A DNA stretch of 63,175 nt, filler included, from Sphacelaria rigidula (lineage: Eukaryota), in NCBI GenBank assembly GCA_964200075.2. It is 11 parts of 11 records of this genome, joined end to end, with 100 filler letters (N's around TTAATTAATTAA, not from the genome) between each part and the next. Parts side by side here need not be neighbours in the genome. Positions count along the whole stretch, not along the records: positions 1 to 5,653 come from CAXNAA020025536.1; positions 5,754 to 11,406 come from CAXNAA020025537.1; positions 11,507 to 17,159 come from CAXNAA020025538.1; 8 more parts are not named here. One strand, 5' to 3'. Of this stretch, positions 1 to 13,675 are shown in pieces (the stretch's first letter is position 1; every line of letters starts with the position of its first letter). The translations under genes and the position numbers were made by a program. The notes beneath the pieces are model-generated. The model was not told the origin of the DNA. It ran no database searches and was given only the letters and a program-made list of their open reading frames with translations.

Positions 1-2080
1 CTCCCGGGAGAACTTCCTGATGCACGCCCACGCTGCTCTGCTCCGATTGTTGATTCCTTGCTTGAGTTCGCCCTCTTCGTTGACGAGCCCGCCCAAGTAG
101 TGGAAACTACTTTTCTGGGCGTATTTCTGGCCCAATGCTTCGATGATCAGCGGTAAGGGAAATGGTGTTGGTGACTCCCCCTTCTTTGGTGCTTGCCTCG
201 GCATTCGCATCAAGAGAGTGTCCGTCTTCTTCTCCGATAAGGTCAGTCCAAGGCCCCAAACACGGCCACTATGATAGTCATCATCCCCGCCAGTCCGTCG
301 GGGGATCTCGAGAGGACGCCGACATCGTCGGCATACAGCATCCCCTACACCGCTCTCCGTACACGTTCCAGCGGTGTCTCCGCCCCCCTCCCCGTCTGCT
401 CATCGAGATATACCATATCCTTGATGATGATATCATCCTCGCTGAGTCGCACGAGGACTATCTCGAGCACTGCCACGAAGAAGACATAGGGGAGACAGCG
501 CACATCCTTGTCGCGGTCCGTGCGTGACTTCAAACCACTCCGAGAGCTCCCCGTCGTTCATGCGTACGCGGGCCTGCATACCGTCGTGGAATTGGCGGAT
601 AACTGCTATCATCTCGTCCGGGATACCAGCTCGGGCCAGTACCTGCCACAGAAGCTCTCGATCGACCGAGTCATATGCCTTCTGGACGTCGACGAAGCAC
701 ACGTACAGCGGTATTTTCCGCCGCCGTCCCAGCTCCTGGAGTCGGCGCCCTCCGAACAGCATGTCGACAGCGGATCGGTCAGGTCGGAAGCCGCACTGTA
801 CCTTCGGTAATACCCCGTGCGTTTCGCAGTAGTCGCTGAGGCGGTCGGCCACTATCTTCAGGAGCACTTTCCCTGCGTGCGATACCAGAGAGATCCCCCT
901 GTAGTTATTGCAGTTGGACCGGTCCGATTTCTTGTACAGCGCCTTGATGGTTGCATCTTTCCACTCCTGCGGGACCTCCCCTCCGTTCCAAACTTCGACA
1001 AGAATGGTATGGAAGCGTTCGAGGACGATGGGCTCGGCGCGGCCGTCGATCTTGAGTAGCTCCACAGGGAGGGAGTCGTGACCTGGCGCTTTCCAGTTGT
1101 GCATCCCCCGGACTGCTCGTCTGGTTTCCTCCAGTGTTGGTGCTACCCCGAGCGATACTGAATCCCCGGTGGTTGACGCTACCGGTCGCTGCTTCACCTC
1201 CTCGATGATGGCTGGGTTCAGCGTGGGCGATTTGGCGTTGAGCAGGGTGCGGAAGAATCTCGCCCACCGTTTAAGGATGGCAATCTTGTTCGTAGGACGC
1301 CGTTCTGGTCCTTTATGCACTTCTGCCCGCCGGATTGCCTTCCACCAAGACCCACCGATCTCTTGAGGTGTTTGTACAGGCCTCTCATGTCGCGATCCTT
1401 GTAGATAACTTCTCGCCTTACCACATACCCCTCCAGATGTGCATAGATGCCATCATCGATTGCTGTACGCACCTTCTTAAACGCGGCTCTGACTGCTTTC
1501 CACGATGCTGGGGTGCGGTGATGCTTCATCAGTTGGCGTGCCTCCCGTCGTTTGGCGAGCGCTGCTTTCACTGTTGCTCTCGTGCCGGGGTTTTCACACC
1601 ATTCCGGCATACGTGGTATCCGTGCCTCTTCCGGGAGTACTGTCTGCGCTGCTTCGAGGATAGCCTCGGTAAACTCCTTCGCGGCCGCCGGTGCAGTGGT
1701 GATTGGCTGGCATTTTTGCTCTGCGAGGTTATGTAGGAACCTCTCGGTCACGTGCCACCTTGCCATTTCGGTCTGCAGCTGCTGTCGACTGAATTGCCGC
1801 TGCTTCGACTTGGTGTGTACTTGGCGGTTGTGGGCAAGGCGGCCACCGAGGTCGACAGTGGCCACCACCATGTTGTGATCCGAGTCCGCTTCAGTCGGGG
1901 ATGCGGGTTGGGGGTGTACGACTACGTTGCGCACTCTACCTCGGTGCGCCTGCCGGGTAAGGATGTAGTCTATGCGCTTGAAGTCGCTCGTGCGACTCTC
2001 CACAACACCGTGGTATGTGTGCGAGATTCCGCCTTTGCGCGTGCTAGAGAAAGTGTTCGTGATGGCTAGCTTGTTCTCGG
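1..2080 (-). mobile_element. Decayed non-LTR retrotransposon (RTE-like LINE): endonuclease C-terminus plus reverse transcriptase; 5'-truncated, 3' end outside the window
   Basis: ORF 1218-2003 has the APE C-terminal motifs RIDYIL and SDHNMV. ORF 433-1320 has [47 protein letters not shown] and QGCALSP. The catalytic YADD is at 324-335, just after an in-frame stop at 345-347. The ORFs are joined by frameshifts. Confidence 0.95.
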
Positions 2081-2368
2081 TTTGACATGCGGATTCTGCT
2101 ATTTTTGGCCACTACGTTGTACTGTTGTCGGCCCTTGGTCCCAGACGTTCATGCAGGGGCAATGTATTCTAGATTGTAGTATGCAGCTGTTGTGAAAAAA
2201 TGCACATCATTTTCCCAAATTATGGAGGAGTTTAACGGCTTTTCCTCTTCCCCCTCGGTGGGTTTCGACTCTTCACTGCAGGTCTTGATCGACTCGTTGC
2301 CGGTCGCAATTGAAACAATTCGTACATTTTGAGGTATCGGGCTTCCGAAGAATACGCAAGCCACAGAC

Positions 2369-2484
2369 ACCGAATGGGGTCCGGCAGGTCCTGCTCATGA
2401 GCATATTTCGACGGAGAAACCTAGGAACCGAATGGGGTCTGGCAAGTCCTGCTCATGAGCATATTTTGATGGAGAAACCAAGGA
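2369..2484. repeat. Tandem duplication, 2 x 58 bp
   Basis: accgaatggggtc.ggca.gtcctgctcatgagcatattt.ga.ggagaaacc starts at 2369 and again at 2427. Confidence 0.85.
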
Positions 2485-4052
2485 CGGTCGTCAGAATCGG
2501 CATTTGCAAAAACATGGACGGTGCGGTACGGTACTTGACTCCCGCAGATCCACTGCGGCACACGGCGTTTGGTAAAGTGGCGAAAATTACCTCTGTTCTG
2601 GGAGATGCTCTTGTTTTATGTTCTTGTGGTGACACCCCACCCGCCGGAAGATACCCCAGGGAAAAATTATATCGTTGGCTACACACGACAGGCGTCACGT
2701 TCGCATTACGAGTTCTTTAGTCCGGACTGAGCAAGGGAGCAAGCGCACGCAGCCCCACCGGCGACTGCGACTACCAAAATATCAAGTAGTGGAGGTATGC
2801 AAGAAGTACAGAAGATCAAGGTGTAAGGTTCAAACGGGAACACAGTATACCGGTGAACATGACTTTGCTACGAAGAACACTAAACGTTGACATGGACTGC
2901 AGTCACTGACAACGGCAATCCACGCATTCCTCTTTCATATCGCTCTCTGTACATGAGTCAGTTTACATCCGAGACATCACAGCGGCAGGACCAAAGCGAA
3001 GAGAAAAACACAGATGGACAAGAGACGCAACATACACGCCACCGTACGACAAGATTGCCCCGCTCTCTAGTTACCGCGAACGTCAACTCCTTTACTCATC
3101 TGTGCCAGAACACCTTCGTTGCGTGCAATCCATCGCTTAAGCGGTAGGGCAGTCGAGGCGAACAGAATTGCGAAAAACAAGCATACAAGTACGCCTCCAA
3201 CCGAACTCCATGACGAATGACTGTATTTTCTATATTTCCCCGCGGTGTTTATTTGGCGTTTCATGTGCTTTCCTGGGGAACGTCTAGTCCACCCTTCTGT
3301 TTCCCCCTTTTCCCGTTTTTTTCCCCTTCCTTGAGTGTTTTCGGGTCAGAGGTGGTTCCATACACTGATCCTGAGGACGCGTTTGTTGTGATGACATAAG
3401 AACGGGTGCTTGAAAAAAACTGTTGGAGAACATCTTTTTGAAGAACGATTTTTTTTCGATGATTTTTTTTACACGACACGCACACCCACAACACCGCAGC
3501 TCACACGCGCACATACACAGACGAACAACCACCAGCTAGCGGTAAAAGCCAAGATATCATACAGAGAAAGACTAGACAGACGCACACAAGAGGAAAAATT
3601 ACCCAAATATTTACCTTGGAGGAACATCACTTCAAAACCCCATGACTCTGAACCCTTTTTTGACTGAAGCTCAGTAACAAGGGGTTCACCATGTATTCGT
3701 AAAATTATACAAGTAATAAACAAGTCTGGGAGCGACCTGCCCAATCAGGGCGAGGCGAAATCTATCGACCACATCCGAACGACCAGTGAGGGGCTGTCGC
3801 TGAGAGTGATAATGTCACTGCCAAGTTGGTGCATGTAGTACCCTGTCCCTGGCCCACAAAAAAAAAATCGAAGCAAAAGAAAGCCCAAGTGGTCGGGGCT
3901 CGGTTCCCCGATTTTTTCCGAGGATGTCAAGTACCCCAGATTAGACTAATAACTTAACGTAATTTCCTGAAATCAGCAATTTTAATAACTCGCCTCTACT
4001 TACCGCAAAATCGGGGATGATTCGTGGTGCATCCCCGGATTTCCACAGTTCT

Positions 4053-4139
4053 ACACTATCAGTATATAAACGCCAAGGGCACACTAACATCAGTATATTA
4101 ATGCCAAGAGTATACTAGAATCAGTATATTAACGCCAGA
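4053..4139. repeat. Minisatellite, 3 x ~30 bp
   Basis: atcagtatat(a/t)aa(c/t)gcca occurs three times at ~30-bp spacing. Confidence 0.75.
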
Positions 4140-4716
4140 GAGGAGGTTTGAACGCACTCTGCGCGTTTGTAATGCACTTCTCATGTATTTTTAGCAGAAC
4201 ACATGTACTCCGGTGTAGTGCTGAGTATGTATTATGTATATCAACATGTATCGATGCATGTGTTGATGCTTGTATCACGTATGTTGCATGTTTATATGTT
4301 CATTGTAGACTATTTCGCATCACTTGTTTCGCATAGATTGCGCATGTACTTGTACGCAAGGTACGAAGTACAAGTACTTCGAATACATTTTATTACGTCT
4401 CTTCGTCGTACCAATTATCTTTTTTGTAGTACCACACTTCCGCACCATCATTCCACTCCATCCTACCACTGCTATCATATTGTCGCCTTGTCGCCGCCGG
4501 TCTATTTTCAATTTGTGAATGCAAGTAAGTCCGATGAAGCGTGCTGTCACCCTGGTAAACTAAGCAATCGCGCACAAATTGCAAGACGCTCTCACTCTTC
4601 GTATAAACACGCACAAGATGAAACTATTCCGGCATGTAAGCAAGTATCTCCTGTATCATACTGCCCTCGCCATGCCGGTCACAGCTGTAGGGGTGTAGAT
4701 TTGCTGCTGTTTGATG

Positions 4717-4717
<1 letters not shown>

Positions 4718-4752
<35 letters not shown>

Positions 4753-4760
4753 CTGCTGCT
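4718..4760. repeat. (CTG)n microsatellite
   Basis: Direct run of ctg units. Confidence 0.9.
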
Positions 4761-5653
4761 TGTACAAGTAGAGGCTACGCGGAATGCAAAAGGGAGGCCC
4801 GTGGATGCGACCAAAACTTGGGACCCTTATTACCGCCAAAATATGTAATACCTACCCCCCATAGGTGTTACCGGTAATTATGGGTGCAAAGGTAATCGAC
4901 ATCCTAATTTTTTTCATCATTCCCTTGCATTTTATATAGGTCCAACCTCCACTCCCCCATTTTTTTTGGGATCACCATCCCATAGTGAAACCTCGTTGGT
5001 TACACTAACACATCGTGCTCGGGAGAAATTCGGGAATACTTGTACCCTACTATATATGTGGCCATGTTCACAAGGCTTCAGTAACCTGAATTTGGCAATG
5101 CTGTGGGACGAGGGAAGGACCTAGAGGCATGCCTTTTGCGTATCCCTCTGTCAAAGCGGTACAAGCAGCGGTGAGGTTGTATGTCATCGACGGTAACGAA
5201 CAAGCTGTGTATAGGCAGCTGATCCCCGTCGCGGAGAACTGCCCAGAACATGTGAGGGAGTATGCAGCGGCAGCTGCTGCTGCATTCGAAGAGGCGTACT
5301 GTACTGTATCTGCGGCGCAACGCCCATGCCTTTCGAAGAGAAATTGCCACTTTCGTTCATCTTTCGAGAAATCAGGCCACAGAAATAGTAGATTTGGTGG
5401 TCTGAACCAGCGATGATTCGTCAGACACTTGAAAACTTTGAACACTTCGACACCAGATAAGCAACAACACAGAGGCCTACCCGTCATCTGGAAATCAGGA
5501 TCCGCCCCCCTCTTTTCTTCAAAACTTCACGTGGGCTGAAGTGAAGTAAAGCCCAAATATGTGCATCGCCAGGAGTTGGGATTAAAAAAAAAGGGGGGGG
5601 GGGGGGGGGGGGGAAGGGGTGTCATGTAATAAAAGGGGGGGGGGGGGGGTTTC

Positions 5654-5753
5654 NNNNNNNNNNNNNNNNNNNNNNNNNNNNNNNNNNNNNNNNNNNNTTA
5701 ATTAATTAANNNNNNNNNNNNNNNNNNNNNNNNNNNNNNNNNNNNNNNNNNNN
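5654..5753. other. Artificial contig spacer N44-TTAATTAATTAA-N44. Identical spacers at 11407-11506, 17160-17259, 22912-23011, 28664-28763, 34416-34515, 40168-40267, 45920-46019, 51672-51771 and 57424-57523
   Basis: Ten identical 100-nt spacers carrying stops in all six frames; the intervening segments are 5653 bp (x3) and 5652 bp (x8). Confidence 0.98.
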
Positions 5754-8750
5754 AAGCCCTGGCTCCGACGACTCGAAGGTGTTTGAGATCCGGTTCTGTC
5801 CCCTTCAGCATCTTATGAGGCGACTGCATGTCAAGCGCCGAATGCGGTGATCTGTTTGCAAGATAGGCCGCTGTGAACATCAATTCCCCGCAGAGAAAAG
5901 TCGGCAAACCACTGTCAGCAAGCATGCACCGGACCGTGGCTGCAAGCGTCCTTTCTACGCGTTCTGACAGGCTGACTTGTTGTGGTGTATTGGTGCTTGC
6001 AAACTCTAGCAGTATGCCTGTCTGTCGGCAGTACGACTTGAACCCGTTGCCAATGAACTCACCGCCTTTGTCTGCCCTTAGTTGTTCGACCCGAACACCG
6101 CCAGGAATGACCATTGACTGTACGTGGGACTGGAATGCATCAAGAGGGCCGTACTTGGTTTTTTGGAGGTAAATCTCTGTCGATCTGGTATACTCTCATC
6201 GGAGATCTTGCAGACATACTTGAAGGCTCCCAGCGCCTCCGGCATGATCGGTCTAATCGATTATACTTACGCTCCAGAATCTGCCTGGATACAGGGGAGA
6301 TGGATATCAAGATTGGATCATTACATACAGGAAAAGTACGAATAGGAGACTAGCCTGTTATTTGAGGTATACCCGATGTGGCACTTGCAGTACAAATCTA
6401 CTGGGGGCACACGCCTTTTCGCGTGCCGAAAATATGGGATTATGACATGTCATGTTTGTATGAGCGTTTTCCCAAGGAATGACTACCCCACTTCGTTCAG
6501 TGGTTTTTCGGCCAGGTGTGTTTTCAGTGTGTGTGTGTGAGTGGGCAAATATGGGTGAATTAATTACATAAATTATACCTGGTCTCAACTGGCCATGGCA
6601 GACCTACAACTTCCCGCGACAATGCACCCGGTGCATGAGGCTTTCTATTACGGTCCCATCAAATCTGTCATGACTAGTTGAAAAGCGCGTTGCACTTTGT
6701 TGTTGGCTGTCTTCGGGTGGGCCAGTTGATGGCTTTTCCCAACAGCACAAATATCACAGTCCGGAACGGCTCCACCGAAATCCACCTCGTTGATTCCGAC
6801 GTTTTTGAGAAGATTCAAACGATTGCTGTGCGAGTGTCCCATCCTCCAATGCCACAGCGTGGCGGCGTCTGCAGCTTGCATAGCCGGCCCAGATGCGTCG
6901 TTGCCGCTGCTTAGTTCCAGAGAGAAGAAATACAGGTCGCTCTCCAGTTCCTGGAGTGGAACGGTGAAGTTGTTTGTCTCGAGTCTTGGGTTGTTCATTT
7001 CGAAAACTCCATTCCGTGTCGCTTATTTGACGGAGAACAAGTTCCGCCCCAAGCCAGGCACGATCAAACACGAAATCGGAACCAGGCGTTTGACCCCTTC
7101 GCCGTCTTGGATGTGCCCGCGGAGCAGTCCTTCACCAATGCCTGCCAGTTGGTGCCCCCCTGCGGTGGTGATCGTACGCGAGGCCGCCAGTTCTTGGTAG
7201 TTGTGGAGTTTATACCGTAGCCCCGGGATGAGGATATCGTCGAAGTAATGTCCCGACGCACTACTGTCTACCATGACACTGACATGGCTATTGCTACCCT
7301 CAGTCCACTTGTCAAGAGCGGATCCTGCCGCGAGAGCCGTCCCATCATCAACATCGGTGACTCCGTCAAAGGTTTCAGCGGTGTCGTCGAGGTTCGACGT
7401 AGCCCAGGGGTATAATGAGTTCCCGAACATCACCCAGACGTGGTGGACTACGGCTATTACGGCCAGCGCGCGCACTAGTGGGGAAAGTGTATCCCTGATT
7501 CCCCGCAGTAGGTTGCGAGCTCTGCGCCAGAACCCCGGACCCCCGGCCTCCCCTCCGCCGGTCCCTTCGAAGGCGCCGAAGAGGCCGCTGCTGTCAAAAG
7601 AAGCAACGGGTTTATTCGCTGGAGCGAAAGGCCAAAGGTTGTCCGCTTGGAGATGGTTCGCTTTGGGCGCTTCTAGGGCGTTAAAGGAGATGGCGGGAGG
7701 GTGCTCCCCCGTACCGGTGGCTGGTGGATACCTTGACCATTGTGCGAAATTGGCTGTCTGCCGGTTGCGCTGTTGCAAGGAACGGCACTCTTCTTCGCTG
7801 AGGGTTGTTGACCTGTGGAAAGAGCACCACTTGCCTACAATCCCATTGTTTCCACCGTCCTGACCGTCTCCCCCCGTCAGTGCTCGGGTCGCACTTCGGG
7901 TAGGGCAATTTCTCCTAACGTGACCTTGCTTTCCGTAGTGGTGGTATGTTACTTGATTTCTTTTGCTGCCATCATTCCGTCCACTAGCCTGCATAGCAAC
8001 CCCGCGGCCTGCGACCGAGTTGGTGGCGTCCGGTCGTGAAAGGTAGTCAGCTTACATGGTGCTGACCATGTATCTGAGGTCCGACAAATTAAAATCGCGC
8101 CTCTCACAGCTAGCAATACGACCCTATCGTACTCGGCAGGTAAGGCTCGAAGGATAAGGTCCTCATATCGTTCGTCAGGCACGGACTGCCCCATTTCCTC
8201 CAGGCAGTCACGGTAGCCATCCATGAGAAACAAAAAAAATCCGGATCATCCCCTGACTGCATCATCGTAGTGTGGAGTTTATCATGAATTCACTGCGTGC
8301 CTCTTTTGTGTTGCCGTCATATTTTTCTTGCAGCGCTGCCCACGCTGCTTGGCCATTGCCAACCCCGTCCTCCTGGGATTTCCCCATGAAGCGTCTCACG
8401 GTATTATTCGCTGATTTTTCGGTGGTGATAAATAAGATGCTGGACAGGTCATTGTTTGCGCGATTCCAAGCCAGTGAAGGTGCCGTAAAACAGGTTGACG
8501 GTTCATCACCAATTACGATGCGTGCGGGTCTCTGCCACCCCTGCAGAATTTCTGCGGCCGTACTATGGTGGAGGGAGAGGATCACCCGTAGTTTGTCTTG
8601 GTAGTCTCGGAAACTAGCCTTGTCTCTGCCATCAAATTTTGTACACAACTTAAGTACCGCGCGAATACTCTCATTGTCCGCCATGATAATCCTCCTCGTC
8701 GCTTTGCTCCAACGTAACGAGTATAGTATGACGTGTTCCGATACCTCCAC
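5754..8750 (-). mobile_element. Decayed Ty1/copia LTR retrotransposon (gag, Zn knuckle, protease, GAG-pre-integrase, integrase core), cut off by the contig end
   Basis: gag at 8262-8750 and 7949-8233; degenerate knuckle ...GKQGHVRRNC and protease-like VDSSASGHY...LGRNLFSVK in 7023-7994; LWHWRMGH...CDICAVGK...TDLMGP in 6648-6998; integrase RADKGGEF...NTPQQ..LSER...TAAYLANRSP in 5754-6114; multiple frameshifts. Confidence 0.93.
6254..6650. mobile_element. 397-bp insertion in the copia integrase (solo-LTR-like) with a 5-bp TSD
   Basis: CGGTC at 6249-6253 and 6651-6655; termini TAATCGA...TCTATTA; removing the insert and one TSD copy restores DLMGP-IMPEALGAFKYVCKISDE. Confidence 0.8.
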
Positions 8751-9041
8751 ACAATCCGGCCTTGATCATCGCCGCTTGACTTGTCGAGGGAGGTCGCGAA
8801 AAAGTAGAATGCAGATGGACCGAACCCAGATATGTCCCCCACCACGATAGCGCCCCCCCACAACGCCGCTAAACGTCGGCAGCTCGACAGGTGCAGAGAG
8901 AAACTCAGTGTACAAGATGTTACAAACACTGCGCACGGCTGTGCATTTCTGCAGTAGGCGCGGAGAAATATATTTCCGAAAAAAGGATCCGAGTCCTGAC
9001 TGTTACTGTTTCCGCAGGTCAGCCGTGGTGCAGCGCACGCT

Positions 9042-9289
9042 GACACTTTCTACGATAGCCCCCCCCAAAAACCACCTAAAAGTGTCACGAAAAAATGGCC
9101 ATACAGCGCCTTATGTAAGGGTTCAGGCTGTGCATGAAGCGGCTCATATTGGCGACATCGGCTAGAACGAACCCAAGCGTCGGAATTCCCAGCTTGTCGT
9201 TGTGCTCGGCTTTTCCCATTTCGATTCATGTGAAGACTTTGCCTCCCAAAACCATGCACATTTGGGGGGGGGCTATCGTAGAAAGTGTC
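9042..9289. mobile_element. MITE, 248 bp, ~27-bp TIR (GACACTTTCTACGATAGCCCCCCCCAAA), 4-bp TSD CGCT
   Basis: Inverted termini at 9042-9069 and 9261-9289; CGCT at 9038-9041 and 9290-9293; second copy at 51554-51671. Confidence 0.88.
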
Positions 9290-10108
9290 CGCTGTTGTCG
9301 TCTCCTCAAAGAATAGATCACACGCCCTGCTCGGTTCAGGTTGTGGTACCCTGCTGTAGCGCCAGTCGAGAGTAGATGCGTGTCGTCACAGTTGCAGAGC
9401 TACTCCTATTCACCTGCGGTTGTCCCGCTTTTGAAAAAGTTATCACTTCGTACAGCAGCGATATCTCCGTACTGCGATGATGCCAGGTGCGCACAAAGTA
9501 AGTGCCGTCCTCAATCGTAGCGCAACGCACTGTTGTAATGCCAGACACACACACTGTGCCGTCTTACTTTGACTCAACTCACGTTGTTTTCCAGCAAAGA
9601 TCTGTCATTTTGCTGCTGCCCTTCCTTCCTTCTAAGGTCCAACGTCCGCTCCGTCAGCACCAACACGAATCGAGGCTCAATAAACCTGTTGGAGGATTCA
9701 CTCGGAACCCCTTTGTTGTGGTCGCTAGAGTTGGCGCAATGGCGGTTACGCCAAGCAAGCAGACAGGCTGCTTCGGAGTGTAGATAAGAGGTCGTTTTCA
9801 AGGTGCCGCTTGTGGGCAAGACAATACAAACACCCACCGGGGTAAACGGTCAAAGAGAAGAGTACTTCATGTACAACAGCTGCTATCCCACATCATACGC
9901 CCCCACAACAGACCAAACCTTCGTGACCGGTACCTGCGATCCCGACACTACATATATATAGTCAATGCCATACGAAGCGTTGAAGAGTAAAGCTCCACAG
10001 CCTCATTTTCTGACACCAATAATTATACCTGGAATCGGGCAGAACAATAACCAATTTGCGAGCAGCTTCTTCTGCTGCTGTTCAACTCCCACATACTGTA
10101 CCGTATCA

Positions 10109-10394
10109 AACAACATTTTCGTGAGATTAGGAGTAGAGCGCTGATTGAGAGTGGCTTTGACCAGTTCCTTCAACTCTTCTAGTTTTTCATTCCGTGTGTG
10201 CTTTTCTTCACCTCTATTACTCGCGTGTGCTTGCGATACCTTACTCAGGGATATCAAAGGCCTCAGTGGCAAGCTATTACAGAAAGCATATTGAGCCTCG
10301 TGGTGGGGCATTTCGGAACTGAAACAATTCATTCACTTGACCGCTTTTCACTCCCAATCGTATTCTCTACTCTCAATCCCATGAAAACATTGGT
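10109..10394. mobile_element. MITE, AACA...TG(T/G)T termini, ~45-bp imperfect TIR, 4-bp TSD ATCA
   Basis: ATCA at 10105-10108 and 10395-10398; homologous full copy at 46350-46646; lone termini ending at 46152 and 51864 and starting at 55752 and 55894. Confidence 0.8.
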
Positions 10395-11247
10395 ATCAGC
10401 GAATGAGATTCGAGAGGCGGAAGAAATTGTTGAAGTCTCATCCTCTTGCCCCCCGATTCATAAATCCATTGGACAAAGAGATCAAATTCTTACAACCTCG
10501 GCTATTTACAAATCCCATACACTGATTGCGAATGTATGTCCACACGGTCGTGCTATGCAATGTAAAGCTCGAGCCGGTGGCTTTGTTATTGCGTCTTTGT
10601 GAACCTCACATCTCTATACATACAGGTTTTGAAAACGCCGTCGTCGCGAGTCTGTGATTTTTGTCTTCACATGAAAAACCTTTCCGATATCTGCGCGGTA
10701 CATTCGTACTGGGCATCTGATGCGGATGCCTTCCGTTGTCACAGGCTAGCTACCTAAAAAGAGAATGGGGAAATCAAACAAAACCAGAACAACAAAATGT
10801 GCCTAGATTACAACTCACAAAGCGCAATACAAGCAAAACAGGGATACATAATAAATAAGAAAGAGAATACATAATATGGCTGACCTCAGAAACTCCGGTG
10901 CCGCAGGTGGCCATTCGGACTTTAGGGCGTGGCACCCGGCTTTCCAACTCGACGCGCGAGGCCAAATAAAAATGCACGTAGGGTCCGACTATGGGCGAGA
11001 CTCAACGCCCTAAAGACCGCCAACCAAAGAACTAAGAATCGCAAGGTTCCATCTTTCGACCTGTCAAGGGACAGCCATACGTACAAGCATACCGGGTGTA
11101 TCGAGACAAGGAGTGCATGACATAACGACACCCCTCATCTGGGGGATTCACCCCCCACCCCCCCCTTCTCTGGACTGTCGTCATCGCTGTGCTATGTAGG
11201 CTTTGTTGGTCTCCCGTCTAATCGCACGCATGACCATCACCTCTAAC

Positions 11248-11406
11248 GGGCGGGGGGTGGGGGCGGCGGGGGCACTCAATATCGTGCATGCCATAGTCAT
11301 CAGAACATTGACCTCGCATCCCTACGAAGCTGGGACGGAGCACGCCGGGTTTTCGCCGGACCAGGCTCGCACTCCGTCATCAAGCATGAAGCGCCGTGGT
11401 GTGCTC
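11248..11406 (-). mobile_element. Poly(C)-ended SINE-like element (3' part), cut off by the contig end
   Basis: G-tract followed by cactcaatatcgtgcatgcc...attgacctcgcatccc...gggacggagcacgccgggttttc; matches 16490-16785 and 32196-32495. Confidence 0.8.
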
Positions 11407-13675
11407 NNNNNNNNNNNNNNNNNNNNNNNNNNNNNNNNNNNNNNNNNNNNTTAATTAATTAANNNNNNNNNNNNNNNNNNNNNNNNNNNNNNNNNNNNNN
11501 NNNNNNGGGAAAGCACGGCTTTTGAGTTGAACCTCATTTTGTTTTTCAACCCCATTTTCGAGGATCGGCTGTTCCTTGGTATTCAACTCCGTACACCCTT
11601 CAAGATATGTTTTCCTGTTCGGGGAACAGACGGGTTACAGGGTACGAGTTGAAAGGGAAAGCGAAACATGATGATCAACAGGTATCGGACCGACTGGGGG
11701 GCCTCCATCTGCGCCGCCATCGGTATCAATTTGCAGGGCATCGGTCTGTGGTGTCCAACCCTATCTCGTATGGGGGCCGGTTTGTTGCATACACGGGGTA
11801 TTCTTACAGATATTATCCCTATACGACAGTTCGGTGACTTCTGGAAAACTTTCATCCCCGTAACCGACAGTTCTGTAGCATCTCTTGGACTGTGGTTGGC
11901 CTAGCCGATTTTTCTAGTGGAATCTGTAAGGCTTTCGTTGCCCAACTTGATAGCCCCATGACTTCAGTGTCAGTTGCACACCCCTACTCGACAGATCTTT
12001 GACTTCAGTAACGCTTTCCTAATCCCTCGACAGTTCTGTGACTTGTCGAAGACTGTCCTACCGGGCCACGACAGTTGCGTGACTGTTGTGATCCACCATA
12101 CCCTTCCAAGATAGTTCTGTTCTTTCTGTACACACGGTTTAACCCTACACCCTTGTACACATATCCGGATGCGTGTTCTATTTTCTATGCAATCCCTTTT
12201 CATCACAAGACCACCAGTGGATCCTCTGTAAGCCTCCTATCCCTGCCCGACAAGTTCCGTGGCCTCCGAGCGATTTTTTGTCGGCACTCCCTACTTCTGT
12301 ATGATCCACGAAAACTCTCGTACCCTACCCAATGAACCTTAACGCTACAAAAACTCAAATTTATTCTCGGGGCTGTGAACAATCGGCTCTGTTCAGTTCC
12401 GTCGACACTTGCCGCGCCAGTTGCCACTCCATCCACGTTTCCCAGCTAATCACCCCTCCCGGCTGGTGGAGGGTCCCGCTCAGGAGCGTCGCCCAAGTCA
12501 GAAAATTTTCCCGTGCTTGACCTTTTTTTCCTGCGGTAACCGTAAATGGTTGTGAATAATGCAACCACTCACTGCGAGCTGATCCGAGCCTCGTACTGCT
12601 CTAACATGTTTTCGGTATGTAGTAGCGATTCGAACATTTCTCTACACCATCCAGCAGCAGACCCTCTTCTTGGGGACCTGGGGATCGGAACAAACATGCC
12701 ACACCCTGGCAGTACCTTGGGCAATTGAAGTAAACAGGTTCTCACCGCAGCTTATTCGATAGAACGCTTGTGTGTTTTGTGATCGCCCGTGACCGGACTT
12801 TTTCTTCTTCGGATGAGGTACATACCTGCTACATTACTTCGACGTATCGTGAGTATCTCCTGCTTCATGTTCACATCGATCTCCATGCAATTGTGAATTG
12901 GGGTATGGAGTTCGGCACTTGAGCACCAAGCGTCCCTCCTCAACTGAGACCCACCTCTTCATTTCTCCGTTTATCTCATTCGACTGACCGGCCTTCGTCC
13001 GACCCGATGTCGGCGATAAAACGAACTGCAGAACAACCGGGTACCACCGACGTGTTTGGGACCTGAACTGCTGTAGACTGCTGACTTCAACCTTACAGTC
13101 TAATCGTACACAGTGTTTCTTTCTTATAAACTCCCCATCATTGAACTACTATAAAAATTACTCGGTATAGACAAGCGGCGCAACACCTCCACATGAACTG
13201 GACAACTGGCGCTCTCGTACGCATTCCCAGTTGAACTCCAGTAATAGCAATGAAGATATAGAATTTTAAGTGGCTCACTCCCCAGCCCATTTCTTCGATG
13301 CTTTCGGTGTACTTTCCCACCGGAGTTGGCGCCGACCATTGCAAGCCCACGATTCGACACACATTAGGAACGGGACGCTAGAAGGGGACCTCCCACCTTC
13401 TTTGTAATAATACACTCCTACATGCTAGACTTGCTTCTACAGAATGCAACACTTACGTGGAGGCCGTGGTTTCCTCAGTGCAGGTTCATCGAGCAGTATC
13501 CTGATAACCGAAGGCAACTTCTTATCCCACTTCCTCCCTTTTCAGCCTACTTGACATCATTGCTTTCAACACCCGTTCGTCGCGCATTCACTCACAGTAC
13601 AACTATCTTTCCTTCCGTACTATTTTCTCGCTGAACTTTCCGCAACCGTCGCTTCGTCCTCCTCCCAACTCGTTC

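Noticed and set aside
4203..4877. 224-aa ORF with poly-Ala
   Set aside because: Low-complexity sequence plus a CTG microsatellite; no recognisable domain
5698..5709. Periodic TTAATTAATTAA motif as a biological repeat or CRISPR-like array
   Set aside because: Always embedded in N44 pads at fixed spacing; it is an assembly linker
7273..7863. Long antisense ORFs over the retroelements (also 162-527, 34592-35062, 41511-41987, 50420-50788)
   Set aside because: Shadow frames of TE coding sequence
8727..8860. 5' LTR and PBS of the first copia element
   Set aside because: No TG...CA ends or second LTR to confirm; the partial similarity to the neighbouring MITE TIR is too short to interpret
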